A stretch of DNA of 64,000 bases, from assembly GCA_946965045.2 (NCBI GenBank), contig OX337239.1, forward strand, positions 2,914,001 to 2,978,000, written 5' to 3'. Origin of the DNA: Epithemia pelagica. Taxonomy: Eukaryota > Protista > Bacillariophyta. Below, one piece after another: positions 44,689 to 57,439 of the stretch. The translations under genes were made by a program, and so were the position numbers. The notes beneath the pieces are model-generated. The model searched no databases and had not been told where the DNA came from. It worked only from the letters and a program-made list of their open reading frames with translations. The number at the start of each line of letters is the position of its first letter. Within the stretch, counting starts at the first letter, position 1.

Positions 44689-46280
44689 TTAACCATTCAA
44701 CAAGAATTGCTGTTCCTTCGAAATGCTGTGCTCTTTTTGATTTTCATTCACAACTGCCTTAATTGTCCTGGAATTTGCTCCCCAAAACCATCCAACCGTG
44801 TGTTCCCCTTTTTTCAAAGTGTGGTATGATGTTCCATGCCGAATAATCCGTCCATCCCAAAGTATGCTTAGACCATGAAATAAGCGTATAGACAACCCCA
44901 TATATGTCCTGCTGTCTCCTTTCATTCTCACCAGAATATAAGGTAAGACAAAGTATGTTTGTCGATTGTTTACAAGCCTGTCCAATTACCATCATTCCAC
45001 CAAAATCACCTTTATCGCGTCTACAGTTTCCCTTCACAAATGCCTTCTTGGATGTTAATTTAGTAGAAACCTTGTGCATCAATGAAAGTGAGCCACTTTC
45101 AGATGATAAAGTAGATATTCGTAGTACGGAAAGTGCTTCTGGACGACCTCTAGTGTCACGAATGGTGACAAGAAATACAACATCTCCCATGGATCGTTGG
45201 TCATATCTCAAACAGTTACTCCCAATGTTTCGATGTAGTGCTCCCATTACATAACGACGACAATGGCATTTGTTTGTTGTGCTTTCTTGCAATAATTTGC
45301 AATATAGACATCGTGTGAACTACCTGTTTGTCGACAATGATCTGGAGCAACTACTTCGTTGATAGGGTAATAATCTGGTGCCAATAGTGGTGTGCCACTC
45401 TCTGCATCATTGAATTGGAAACAATGCTTGATGGTTGGTACATTTTGGGATAGGGATAACCAATCCAGTGACCAACACTTTAGAACTTCCCGGATATATC
45501 CACCTGCTGCTGGTTGACCTGTCTGATGACACAATCGTAACCATGAAAGCGGTAAGGGTACAAATTGCGTAGAATATCTTAGCCTGTTCGTGTGACCATG
45601 ACTTTGGAATGGCAGCATGGTCCGTGTACCAGTGAAAAATATTGAAGCATATGGAAAGAACAGTATAATATCCCTGAATATTGGGTTGTATCCATCATCC
45701 ACTAAACCCTTCCTCGTGCGTATTACCAATATACGCTCTTCAAAAATAGATGCAGACTTCTTTGACTTAGGGTTAGGGTTTCTTGTTGCTCCGGTTCAAC
45801 ACACATTCAACCAGAAAGGCACACGGGCATGTCTTAGTCAAGCATTCAGCATTGCATCTCCTAACCGATAACCCTGTGTGTGGACCAATGAAACAATGAC
45901 TTGCCATGTCCTCTGTTCTATCCCCAATTCTAGATAGAGCCATTGAATATAGACTTGGTAGTCTGTCAATTAGTATTCCGTCAATCCCATTTCTAGACTC
46001 CCACGGATCGACTTTCTCGTAACAAACTTCCAGGAATATTTTCTGATCTGTGGGACTACCGAAGCACAAAGACAACAACCTGAAGAAACCTGAAGAAGAA
46101 TTTCATTTTCCCAGATTCCGATTGCTGGAAAAAGGTCAGTGTCTCATGAGCAACATCACTGTGTCTTGTTCTTGACAATATAGTCGACCTGGCTCGTTGT
46201 GGTTTTTGCTTTATGTATTTCTCAAGTTCTTCTTTGGAACAATCCAACCCTTGCTGTTTACTTGCTTGTATATTGTTCAT
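44689..46280 (-). pseudogene. TET/JBP-like 2OG-Fe(II) dioxygenase, internally deleted and frameshifted
   Basis: GNCRRDKGDFGGMMVIG (~44980-45030) is followed almost directly by YFVLP...GLSIRLFHGLSILWDGRIIRHGTS (~44840-44960). The HxD-containing middle segment expected between them is absent. Confidence 0.6.
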
Positions 46281-46550
46281 TTTTCTAAAATCACAGGAAA
46301 AGAATCAATGGTCAATATTTCTTGTCTTGGTTTAATTATATAATTGTTCAAGAAGGAACTGACCTGTATTCTTGATCTTCTTCGCTACTATAATCTTCTC
46401 CATTTTCCCTCTGATGTTCGGGGGATTGATTTTCTCTGTTATTTCCTTCATTCTGCTCGTCTGGGTAGTCAATTCTATCTCTGTCTTCTCTCTGTACAGA
46501 ATCATCTTCCCCTTGTGATCTCCGACCTGGGTATTCTCTTTCTCTTTCTC

Positions 46551-48950
46551 TCAGTTCATTCCTTTGATACTCTCTCTCTCCCTGTGTCCTCGAGGGATAG
46601 AATCCTGTTCTCTTCGCACTCTATACTCTTTACCCGCATGATCATACTCATCATCCCGAGTTCCAGTTTCCTGATTGTATCTATGTGGTGTTCTTCTTCT
46701 ACTCCGATTTCTATGAGGATCAACAGACCATTCATCTTCATTTCTTCTCACGTCTCGTATTTCTCTCACCCTTCTCGATCTAGTGAACTCTTCTTTTCCT
46801 TGGTATTCTCTACTACTTCCTCTTTCCATCCAATTCGTGTTTCTAGAGTCTTTGTCATGTCGTCCCGATTCTCGAAATTCTCTTGGATATCCTCTATGTC
46901 TGTTGGTTGGATAATACATTGATCTTTCTCTACCTCCATCATTTGGATGATGTACTGACTGGTATGACATGTGATTTTCTTGATATTCTGGTTTCCGCAC
47001 CAACATATAACCTTCGGGTGGTGGTGAAAATTCAACAATTCGTTGTACACTTTGGGAATCGAGACTTTCCTTCATTGAATCGTGGTATCGATCTCCTTGA
47101 CTAATATATGGATGAACTCTTCCTGGAGGACCCTGGAATTTTCGTCTTTGCCATTTCGGATGACCACCACCAATACTCGACGAACCACGTGGAGAAGCAG
47201 AATTTCTTGACCGTGGAAAATTCCCTCGTGAAGATACAGAATTTGGTGAATGTTAACGAAATTCTTTGCTTGATGTTCTTGGAACGGGTGCACTTAGTGA
47301 ACCTTGTTCTAGTGAAGACAGATGGTTCCTTGGAGGAACTGAATTCAATAATTGAGAATGCTTTGAGGGTTGTGACTGTGAGATAGGTGTTGTTTGTGTT
47401 GGTTCCCTTGTTGTCGTGCTCTCTCTGGTCGGTTCTCGAGGAGTTTGTTTTTCATTCCTTTCATCATTCCTCTTGTTGTTGGGATCCTCTTGTAGTACCC
47501 TAGGTACATTCATTGAATTTGCGTTCATTGTTTCCTTGTCTTGCTCCTCTTGGGATTTTCCTTTCTCCTTTTGGGCTTCCTCTTTGCGTTGCCCTTCCCG
47601 GGTTTTTCCTTCCTCCTTTTGGGCTTTCTCTCTGCCTTGCTCATCTTTTTTCTGTTTCTTGGATTCTTTGCCTTGGTCGTTTTGAGAATGAGCTTGTTTC
47701 CTGATTCGTTCCTCGGTCGGGAAGTTTTCATCCAACTCGGTATTTTCCTCTACCGCTGGCTTGAGGTCCTCTTCCATTTGTTCATTATTCTCCTTGGCCG
47801 GTGGTTTTAGATCTTCTTCCATTGGTAAATCTTATCGTTCGGACTTGGATGACTTTGACTCCATGTGTTCTTGTTTACTCTCGGATTCATCGTCTTCCTT
47901 GCCTACTAATCCTGCCCGGTCATTTTGCATATCTTTATTTCCGGTCATGACTTTTTCGGTATTTGGGACGTCGTTGTTTTCATCATTGTTTTCTTGGTCC
48001 AAATCCTGTGCTTCTATCAAGTTCTCTTTGAACGGGGCATCTTCGTAACCAGAAAACAAAATTACTGCCTTCTGTTTTTTTCCTGATATAGATGCTTCAC
48101 ATACAGGACATTTTGAATTATCTAGACCGAAGCAGCCCGAACACTCCAACAAATCTTGTGGACCATGTGACCACATTCTAAAAAATACATTTCTTCAGGA
48201 TTTTCCACGTCATTGTGACAAATTGGACACGCTTGGCTATCTTGCAACTCTTTGATAGTCTTACGAACCAATTGATAGGCAGAATTTTCCTCCAATAAGC
48301 TCTGTGTATACTCTTCCTTAGGAACATACTTGCTGTAACCACTGTGTCTGTATTTTGTTCCTTCGCCTCATATTTTTGATGCGACTTTCTTTCCATTATT
48401 TTTAGTGGCATCCTCTGTGACTAAAGCTTCTTAAATATCATGTGAAATTTCCGTCAATGATTAAAGGGTGTAAACTGGAAGTTGACTTTGCATGCAGAAT
48501 ACTATCTCGAATGAGAAAGTTGAGCGCAATACGACAGTCTTCGCAGTTAGTGGGGAGATCCACCAGAGATAGTTTCCCATGTGACCATTTTGCGTCCTTG
48601 GTTATTGTATCATACAATCTTGTAAACACAACCGAAAGAACGATTTTTGATGGAACATATGATTCTCTTGTGAGGTACATTCTGCTGCGTTGATCGAGAT
48701 TCACATACCAATCTGAAATCTCTATACCAAACTCTTTTTTTCCTGGAGACCTGGAAGAATCTGATCTTTCCTGAGATGTTGTTGATTTGGGACTCTTCAA
48801 ATCAGGAGGTGCTTTATTTGATTGGATATTCAAAACACCTAGTCGAGGGAGAATCCACTGAATACCGTAGATCCATTTGTCGATGGATCCATTTTCAGAC
48901 GGGTCAGATAGTGTCCCTTTTTTTCCTCCGGAGATAGAAGGAGGAGACAA
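46551..48950 (-). pseudogene. RING-H2 finger protein with charged low-complexity tail, disrupted
   Basis: Across a frameshift at ~48099-48228 the sequence reads CPICHNDVENPEEMYF-ECGHMVHKIC...KCPVC. Confidence 0.6.
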
Positions 48951-50358
48951 TGATGATGAAATATTTCAAACTCCGAAGCTTGATCAGTTGGACATCTTTC
49001 TCCCTCTTCCTTGAAAGAAAGTAGAAACAACATCGATGTAGGTGTTGGTGTTTGTTTCTTGAACATGTGTAGCAAGTCTCGATGATAGTCCTCATATGCT
49101 AACAGCATATCTTCATCGCTTGGACAAAGATTGCAACTTAGGAAAACCAGGTGATTCCTTCATCGACCCTCTGACTGAGAGATGTCTTGATGGTATTGAT
49201 GCTGATACAAGGTCATAAAAGACTTCATTATGAAATGGTCTATATCACATCCGATCATACAACAGTGTCTTTTGCGACAAGACTTGTGAGGGATGAAGAC
49301 GTTTGTTCCCATATATTCAGCATCCATGTTTTTATTGTACACTCCACACGTGTGACAGACAAATATTGCTCTGTCACAAACTTCATCTGGCTCCCACGCA
49401 TGAGCAATAGCCAAACGGGTCATAAAGTCCATGTTTCTGCTCAATTGCAGGTCTCTCTTTTTCCGGCGTTCTACTGCTTGTGCATACCGGGTGTCATTCT
49501 TTTCCTTTCCTTTCACGAACTTCTTCTTTTTTGTTTCTGATTATCTGTATCCGCAAAAAACTTCGTTTGAGAGGTTTTTCCAGTTTCCACTTGTTTAGGT
49601 CCAGTGCCTGCTGGAGTGTTTTTCGCCATGGTTTTTCTCTGCGGTGCTCTCTTGGCAGTCGTTGCAGTTTTCCTGTTCTCTCTTTGTGGAACGATAGTCT
49701 TCGTTGTATGTTGCGGTTGATGTGAGTGTGGTTGTTTCAATTTTTTTGGACTTATGTTCTTGGGTTCCTGAACTTTCTTCTCATTCTCATGTGTCAAAAC
49801 TTGTCTCTTCTTCCCTAGGTCGTCTAGTCCTTCATTCGGTTTACCATTCTTGATTGTTGTGACTTTTCCATCGTCTTGTGTGGGAATCTGTGCTTCTTTT
49901 TCTTGACTATCACCTGTCTTGGTGTGTTCTTATCCAATTCCCAGAGGTCCCCGATGTTCGGATTCTTGAGCACAGTCATTCTCGAGACTTGTTTTCTTCT
50001 CTTGACCAGAAACATTTTTGTTATCCTTCACTGGTACACCCACCGTGGCATTCTTTTTTTGTACAGGGAGTTCCCTACTGCTTCGTTTCTTCTCTTCTTT
50101 GGAGTTCGAGTCTTTTGTCTGCCCCTTGTTGTTGGCCGTAATTTGCTTTTGCTTGCGGACTGACTCTTTTGTTTTCCCTTTCTCATTGCCCATGGTGGTT
50201 TTCTTTTGCTTATGAATATGAACTTCTATCGCAACATGGGTTTTTTATCCTTTTCACAGTCAACAGGTTCTTCTGTCATTCAACTTGCGTCATCCTCCGT
50301 ATGTTTGACAGTTATCTCGCGAGGGATTGTTAGTTCCATATCAGGGGGCGGAACCAAT

Positions 50359-52128
50359 TTATTTTTTAATTTTAGATGAATCCTTTTTGTCGAGTTGGAC
50401 ACTTTCATCAAGGATATTGGTCACGGCCTTTCTCTGAACACAAGTAAGTGTTGACTCAGAATACAAAGCTTTCTTGCCATATTTTTGGAATTTCCGCAAG
50501 CAATCCTGAAACATTGTTTTCGTGTTTGAACTTGCTTTGGTTGGTGCTGGGTATGAAAGCAGAAACTCACCAATAGCACATGCTCTCACAATCGATGGAA
50601 AGACACCGTCGGATTTACCTTGAAATGATCTGTCGAACATCATGTTCCAGTTGTCGTTTCCACCTTGGCATTTTTGCCCGACACTCGGTAAATCTGAACA
50701 TGACATAGAAACAAGGCCAAGGTACCACAGAGTGTACTGTATTGCAAGAGTCCAATATGAATCTTCTGTTCGCGAGACAGTGTCATATAATGTTATAAGT
50801 TCTTGTTGTAAATCAATCCAAAGGAACGCGACATGTGGACTTCACGAGCCAAGAAGAACCAAGATTTTCTCAGTTTTGTCCGTCTTCCATGATCGTTGGT
50901 CGAGTATCTCTCTCGGTGGTCTGCTAAGATCTGGTTTCAAGACGTAAAAAAGACACACTCTTCCATTGTGATAATTGTGGCAACACAATGTTAGAAAGCT
51001 GTCAAGAAGAGAAAATGGCTGATCCATTCCATCTCTTAGTCCAGTCATCCAATGCTGCATGATCTTTTTCCATGAATTTGTATCAGCCTCCGCAAAAGAC
51101 AAGAATGAAATATATTTATGTGGAGCCTTGACACTCAATGTCTTGTTATATGTTGCACATTCACGGCATTGGAACAAGGGGTATGCCAGACCAGACAACT
51201 CCGATTTGGCAACCTTACACAAAGGTTTGGTATGAACACAAAAGTCACTGAAATTTCGCCCAACCCGTGGCAGAACCGACAATAACCGTTGATCTTGTTT
51301 TTGAGGTTTTGGTATAAGCTGAACATCAAATCCAGGAGGTTGCGGATCGCAATCAACAATTTTCTGAAGCGTTACTTCGGGGTCCTCTTTGACAACAATA
51401 GCAAGAGCATTACCTGGAACGCTGTCATCTTCCAGTGACTCCGAGGGAAGAAGCCGTTTATTCGATTTGTCTTCTTTACGCACTATGCCACCTACACCAT
51501 GTGGTGGCTCAGAGGGAAGAAGCCGTTTTGTCGATTTGTCTTCTGTTTGCAACATGCCACATACACCATGTGGTTGCTCAGAGGGAAGAAGCTGTTTTGT
51601 TGATTTATCTTCTTTACCCACCATACCACCTACACCATGTCCCTCCGGCAGTAGTTTTCTTTTTTTCTGGACAGGTTCACTGTAATATCCCAGAGCAGAA
51701 CGCTTGATAGACAATTTTTTCTTCTCCGGTGTGACATCGCCGAGCATTTGTCGACAATCGGAACTCGGAAAATATTTGGAAGATTTTCTGTTCTTCCTTG
51801 ACCGAGCCCCCCTTCTTTCTTGTATTTCCTTCTCTTGTGAAAGTCTATTTAGGAACACAGAATATTGGGTGTATATATGTATCATCTGATCGAAAGATCG
51901 ATTGTGATACCCGGGAAAAGATGGTTGGAACTGTGCATCTTTAAACCACCCTCCAGGTAATGCATAAACCAAACTTTTGCACATCCCTTCTTCACTTATG
52001 GTAAGTCCGTCTGGATGAAGACATATAAAGACCTTGGTCATATGCTTCAGAGTCCAAATAATACTTTGGACGTCAACATCCAAAGTCTTCCGATACCTCA
52101 TATTCCTTCGAAGTAGATGTTGCCTCAA
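50359..52128 (-). pseudogene. Protein with 23-aa repeats and a probable Ulp1/C48-like protease domain (one in-frame stop at 50842)
   Basis: ORFs 50842..52128 and 50359..50706 share a frame. Read through the stop: KILVLLGS*SPHVAFLWIDLQQELITLYDTV...FQGKSDG...CA, resembling the Ulp1 H/D/Q/C arrangement. Confidence 0.4.
51443..51645. repeat. Coding tandem repeat, 69-bp unit x3
   Basis: GAGGGAAGAAGC at 51443, 51512 and 51581. Confidence 0.85.
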
Positions 52129-52854
52129 GCCCTCTGTAAAGCACGTGCCTTATCGTCACTTTCCTGAATCAGGCCATGCGACCAGACAAATTTTTTTGTG
52201 ACTAAATCTTATTCATTCGGCGGACCACCAGAGGCCGTGAAACACCGCGTCCACATATCCAAGGCATTAGTGAACAAAGTCTTCCTGAATAAATCAATTG
52301 CCACAATCTCTCTCTCTTCCATTGTCCCGTGTCTTTGAGACCCCACTTCCGATTTTATCTTGGGTGTAGATACGGCAATATGAGACAAGATAATGGATGA
52401 TTGGCAATTCCAGCCTACAAGTTTCTGGGATTCCTTGTGGACCAAAGATAGGAAGAGATTCTACTTCATGCCGATACCATGCATCCCGGTACACGGTTTC
52501 GTATCTGTCCAAGGCCATTTCGAATGTCAGTGGTGATCGTAGGAAGTCATCTAATTCTCAGGATAATTCCTGGTTCAACCGACTGGGATCTGGCACAGAA
52601 AGATTGCCGAGTGTAGAATCTGTCGAGGACACTTCTGCATCTTCTTGCATCTGTTCCTCAATTGGCTTGCCATCGTCTTCTTTCTTGCCCTCATTATCTT
52701 CCCCTTTTGGCATCATCTTGCCTTTTTCCTCTTCTGTTGAAGCAAACAAAATATGAACCAGGCAACACTTCTACTCCAATGGAGATTTTGCAAGAAGTCA
52801 CTACCGGAACTCTTGTTACAGCTAAGCTCTTTTTCTCTCTTCAACAATCCACCA

Positions 52855-53190
52855 AATAGATTCAACACAACCACCAAAGGAAAAATAAATCCAGTACCAC
52901 TCCTCAATAGATTCAGCATAACCACCGAAGCAAAATTCCAATCCACTCTTCTATAGATTTCAACACAACCACCGAACGAAATAATCCAATCCATTACCAC
53001 TCTTCTCTTCTATAGACTCAGTACAACCACCGAAGGAAAAAATCCAATCCACTCTTCAATAGAAACCGAAGGAAAAATCCAATCCAGTACTAATGAGATC
53101 CTCTTCTTCTCTCTTCTCTCCTCTCTTCAACACTTTGACAATCAACCGAATAGATTCAACACAATCACCGAAGGGACAATCCAATCCAAT
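52855..53190. repeat. Degenerate ~45-55-bp tandem repeat
   Basis: Recurrent CAACCACCGAAG...ATCCAATCC...CTCTT...TAGA motifs. Confidence 0.65.
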
Positions 53191-53269
53191 ACTCTTCTCT
53201 CTTGAACAAGCTCAGTAAATGAAGAAAGCAACCTGATCGTTATAGACCGTCAACAAAGCAAAGCAATGA

Positions 53270-53507
53270 AGCAGCGTTCTTCTTGTGCTGGTGCTGCTGC
53301 TGTTGGGTTTGGAGTGAAACTTTTTGCCGCTGTTGGTGGGACTTTGATGAGAACAACATGTGAGTATTATGGAGTGATAGGTATTTGATTGAGTACACTT
53401 GGAGAAACATTGTAAATGCATCACGCCTAAGCGCTTCAATACTCTACTTGACAAATGGTGCAGGGTCTTTGGTCTGACATGTGTCGGGTGTGCAATCGTG
53501 TAGAATG
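53270..53507 (-). repeat. ~240-bp dispersed repeat, inverted copy of 60142-60388
   Basis: The reverse complement matches TCCATTCTACACGATTGCACACC...AAGAAGAACGCTGC at 60142-60388 with scattered substitutions and small indels. Confidence 0.85.
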
Positions 53508-54154
53508 GATTGGTCGCTTAAATGGCGTGTTAGTCGCGGGTCGTGAGCATACTAGTCATTGTTGAGATGATAAGATTCAGGAATGTGCATTCAGAGAAAT
53601 CTTATTAGCGACTTTTTGCTTTTCAGTGTCTTAAAATGTAGTTAAATGTGCGTTTTGGTCCATTTTAGTGGTTGGGAGGTGCATTTGAGTGCATAAAATT
53701 CGCTCCCCCTGTGCATTTGGGGGCTCATTTTATGAAAAAGGGGAGTTTTCCCCCCTTAGATGTCGTCGTCTGAAAAAGAGCGAAGTCATTGGTGCGACCG
53801 ACCGGATCGGAGGACGGAATCTCACTTGGCAGTTTTTTTGGCTGCCATTTCGTGACTGAAAAACACAGTCGGGAATGTTTTTAAATCGATGTAAGACATG
53901 TCTTTATTTGTTTTTGTTAAGTGTTTTATTGTTAAAGACATGGTCTCACCCAATCATATTGCTGCCTTAGCAAACTAACACCCCCCTTCTGTACTCCTAC
54001 AGATTACTGCTCCCTATTCCATCGAAAGCTAGGAATGCAAATTGCAAAGGTAGTCTATGATCTACTAGGCACTCCTAATGGTTATTGAAATCGGTAGTGT
54101 CTGTCCGTCAATCATCAATAGCTTGAACGTTAGGAGTAGCTTGGAGCAATACGA

Positions 54155-55445
54155 TTAGAAGTACTTGGAGACTGTATGCGCGAGAAGCGAGTCAGGAATG
54201 CGAATGCGCCAGAGGGCATTTACCGATTGTCGATAACAGACAAGGTTGTATTGTGGGTTTTCCGTAGGAAAGGGTTGCAAATGATAATAGTCAGGTTTGG
54301 ATTGGACCAACGCCATTAAGGCGGCATCGTTTTGTTGATGCTGAAATATCGTAGCATAGTCAACCGGTAGAGGTTGGTTGGCCGTAATGGCGGGATGATT
54401 AAGATACACATCGATCAACTCTTCGTCCATAAAAATAGGGGACTCATGAGAATCCGCGTCACGAGAAGACCAATGCCATTAAGGCGGCATCGTTTTGTTG
54501 ATGCTGAAATATCGTAGCATAGTCAACCGGTAGAGGTTGGTTGGCCGTAATGGCGGGATGATTAAGATACACATCGATCAACTCTTCGTCCATAAAAATA
54601 GGGGATTCATGAGAATCCGCGTCACGAGAGGACCAACGCCATTAAGGCGGCATCGTTTTGTTGATGCTGAAATATCGTAGCATAGTCAACCGGTAGTGGT
54701 TGGTTGGCCGTAATGGCGGGATGATTAAGATACACATCGATCAACTCTTCGTCCATAAAAATAGGGGATTCATGAGAATCCGCGTCACGAGACGCTAAGC
54801 GGGGGTCATCATAAGGCGCACGAGGAACCTGGAACACGGAGTGTTTGCCGCTATGATCGAAAAGGGATCGTGGTCCAGACGAGGGACCGTGGGAAGGGAC
54901 CTTGGAAGGGACACTCTTCTCCTCCTCTTCTGAAAGAGGGAGACGCGATAACGCGTCGGCGATGACGTTATCCTGGCCAGGAATATAATGAAAGATGGGA
55001 TTGTATTCTTCGAGAAAGAGACGCGAACGAAGGACTCGTTGAGAGTTGAGAGTGGCATAGGTGGAGCGGAACTCTTTGAGGGTTTCGACAATGGAGAGTA
55101 ACTCCTTTTCCATAGTGGTGTAATTCCGCTGAGCGGGGTTGAGCTTGCGTGAGAAATACGCGACAGGGATGTTTCCTGCATGATAACAGCGCCGAGCTGA
55201 TAGTCAGACGCGTCCACATAGACGTGGAAAGGAATGTTGTGATCGGGATAGCGGATGAACGCATCATGCGCAAGCATGGCTTTGACGTTTTCAAAGGCTT
55301 TCTGACATTGCGGGAACCATTCAAAGGTCTTCTTGCCGGTCAAGGCTGTTAGCGGAGCTAAGTGATGGGATCGCTGAGGATACATGTGACGATAGAAATT
55401 AACCATGCCAATGAAGGAATGTAGTTCTTTCATGGTGCGAGGAGG
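54155..55445 (-). mobile_element. pol: Ty3/Gypsy pol fragment (RT connection, RNase H, start of integrase Zn region)
   Basis: ELHSFIGMVNFY...LAPLTALTGK...[12 protein letters not shown]...[18 protein letters not shown]...[11 protein letters not shown]; internal deletion and frameshift. Confidence 0.88.
54305..54790. repeat. Tandem triplication, 163-bp unit, inside the Gypsy fragment
   Basis: GACCAA(C/T)GCCATTAAGG at 54305, 54468 and 54631. Confidence 0.9.
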
Positions 55446-56062
55446 CTCAGAAAAAGTAACGATGGCAGTATGTTCAAATATAAAATACCAAATGACTCAC
55501 ACAAAAAGTGCTAAAATGTAAGCTGATCTGTTCTGTACGCCGTTTACTTTCTGCCTTTTTGTGCATGTTCAATCCGGAACAAATTATTGTACATTCTTGC
55601 TTTTCTCTCATAGACCCGAACGAATTATCGTAGATTCTTGAGTTTCCCTCACATCAGAATTATCGTAAATTCTTTATTTTCACTCACATAAGTTTTCGGC
55701 GTCCTACTTTCTCACATCAAAATTGTTGTAGATTCTACCTACGCCGAGAAAACCATAGCTTCAACCAAATACAGACAGTCCCAAATGAGTGAGGTAGGGT
55801 CTAGCTAGTACAGGGTTTCCTACTTAGAAACACTATAATACAATACAGTACATGTGACGTCGAATTCGTGAATTGGATCCGGATCAGCGACCGACTTTGG
55901 TCGCTCCGTAGTCCGTAGTGTATGTGAGAGAAAAGCAAGAATCTACGATAATTTAGTCGAGGCGGATCGTTGCCGACCCGGAGGTAGAAGAAGATTCCTA
56001 ACCGGAAGGGAGTAATGAGGGGAGTAGGGACAGGAAGCACAGGATGAAGTTGACGTCGAAGT

Positions 56063-56614
56063 GTGGAGGAAAAAATTGTCGCTATGGACGATTGCACTGA
56101 AGGAAGGAAAGGCGTGGGTGAGGTGTTGCGCAACATGGGGTCTGAGGGGAAAATGGTGGATCCTTTTCGTGTGACGATGAGTAACTCTCCTGCACCCCTC
56201 GAAATCGAAAGACTGGAAAGAATTGCTGAAGCTATAATGCGAAGGTTGCCGGAAAGAGGGGAGGAACACGATGGAGGACGACGGATTGAAAATGGGGTAG
56301 TTGAAATAGGAGAGGACGAAAAGGACGAGGAAGATAGTACAAAAGTGTTTGTGATTCCACCCGATGAGAGTTCAGCATCATTGACGGAGAAGTATGACTT
56401 GAAAAGTGGACTGGACAGTGGTCTATCGCCGAATCGTGCAGAAGATTGGACGTGGCATGTGCAACGACGTGAAAAGTTGCACATTCCAAACCCGAACAAG
56501 ATTGATTTCGATGCTTTGAACGGTTGGAAGCAAGAAGAGGAAAAGAACAACAATAAACGGCCACAAGAAGAGGACAAGAAGCGACCCAGGAAGCGTCACG
56601 ACCGATCTTCTTAA
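56063..56614 (+). CDS. Hypothetical charged protein (183 aa or longer)
   Basis: Open frame with protein-like composition lying between motif clusters; no domain recognised. Confidence 0.35.
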   Translation: MEEKIVAMDDCTEGRKGVGEVLRNMGSEGKMVDPFRVTMSNSPAPLEIERLERIAEAIMRRLPERGEEHDGGRRIENGVVEIGEDEKDEEDSTKVFVIPPDESSASLTEKYDLKSGLDSGLSPNRAEDWTWHVQRREKLHIPNPNKIDFDALNGWKQEEEKNNNKRPQEEDKKRPRKRHDRSS

Positions 56615-57439
56615 CTGGACAGATTCATGGAATGTTTACAATCGTAGCATGCACAGGATATATTAGTTGGAATGTTTTATGCGATCACCAGTACTTATAT
56701 TTGTTTTGGTAACATTTCCAACGTACAGTTGTTCACTAAACCTATTTTGCTACCCACAACAGCGCAATATGCATTACATGATTTGGGGTCGGATCAGGGA
56801 CCTTCTTCCGATCGTTATTATCCCTGACCCTAACTACTAGGAATTATCGTAGATTCTTGCTTTTCTCTCAGATCCTATGTTCAGCCCCGAACGAATTATC
56901 GTAGATTCTTGAGTTTCCCTCACATCAGAATTAGCGTAAATTCACTACCGTAAAAGTCGGTAATGACCAAAACAGCGACGACACTGACCTGTCGGTCGCC
57001 GAGTCCGTTCCGATTACTGACAACAACACACCAGTCCCGGATACTGAAACCAAGGAGGGTTCCATTCTGGAACACGATCAAGACTAAGCGCAAGATCAAT
57101 GTCCTCTATGATCAGTCTGAATCTTCCTTTTCCTTCACGGTCTCGAACGAATTATCGTAGATTCTTGAGTTTCCCTCACATCAAAATTATCGTAGATTCT
57201 TTCTTTTCCCTCACATCAGTTTTTCTTCCAAGCTAGTACTCACGGGAGAAGACTAAAGTACTAGGAATAGCTATCTAGGTTATCAGATGAGTACAATCTT
57301 CCGTCTGACCGTCTCATCATCCCATGTAATTCATTCACCATAGACCATCCATTCAAATCTTTTCAATTTCACCGAATCTCGTGTCAGAACAAACACGCTG
57401 GTTTCAGAGACACGTTCCGGATAGGGTTTCACCTTCAAG

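Noticed and set aside
55795-55812. Helitron 3' end (CTAG)
   Set aside because: No GC-rich hairpin upstream and no Rep/helicase in the window.
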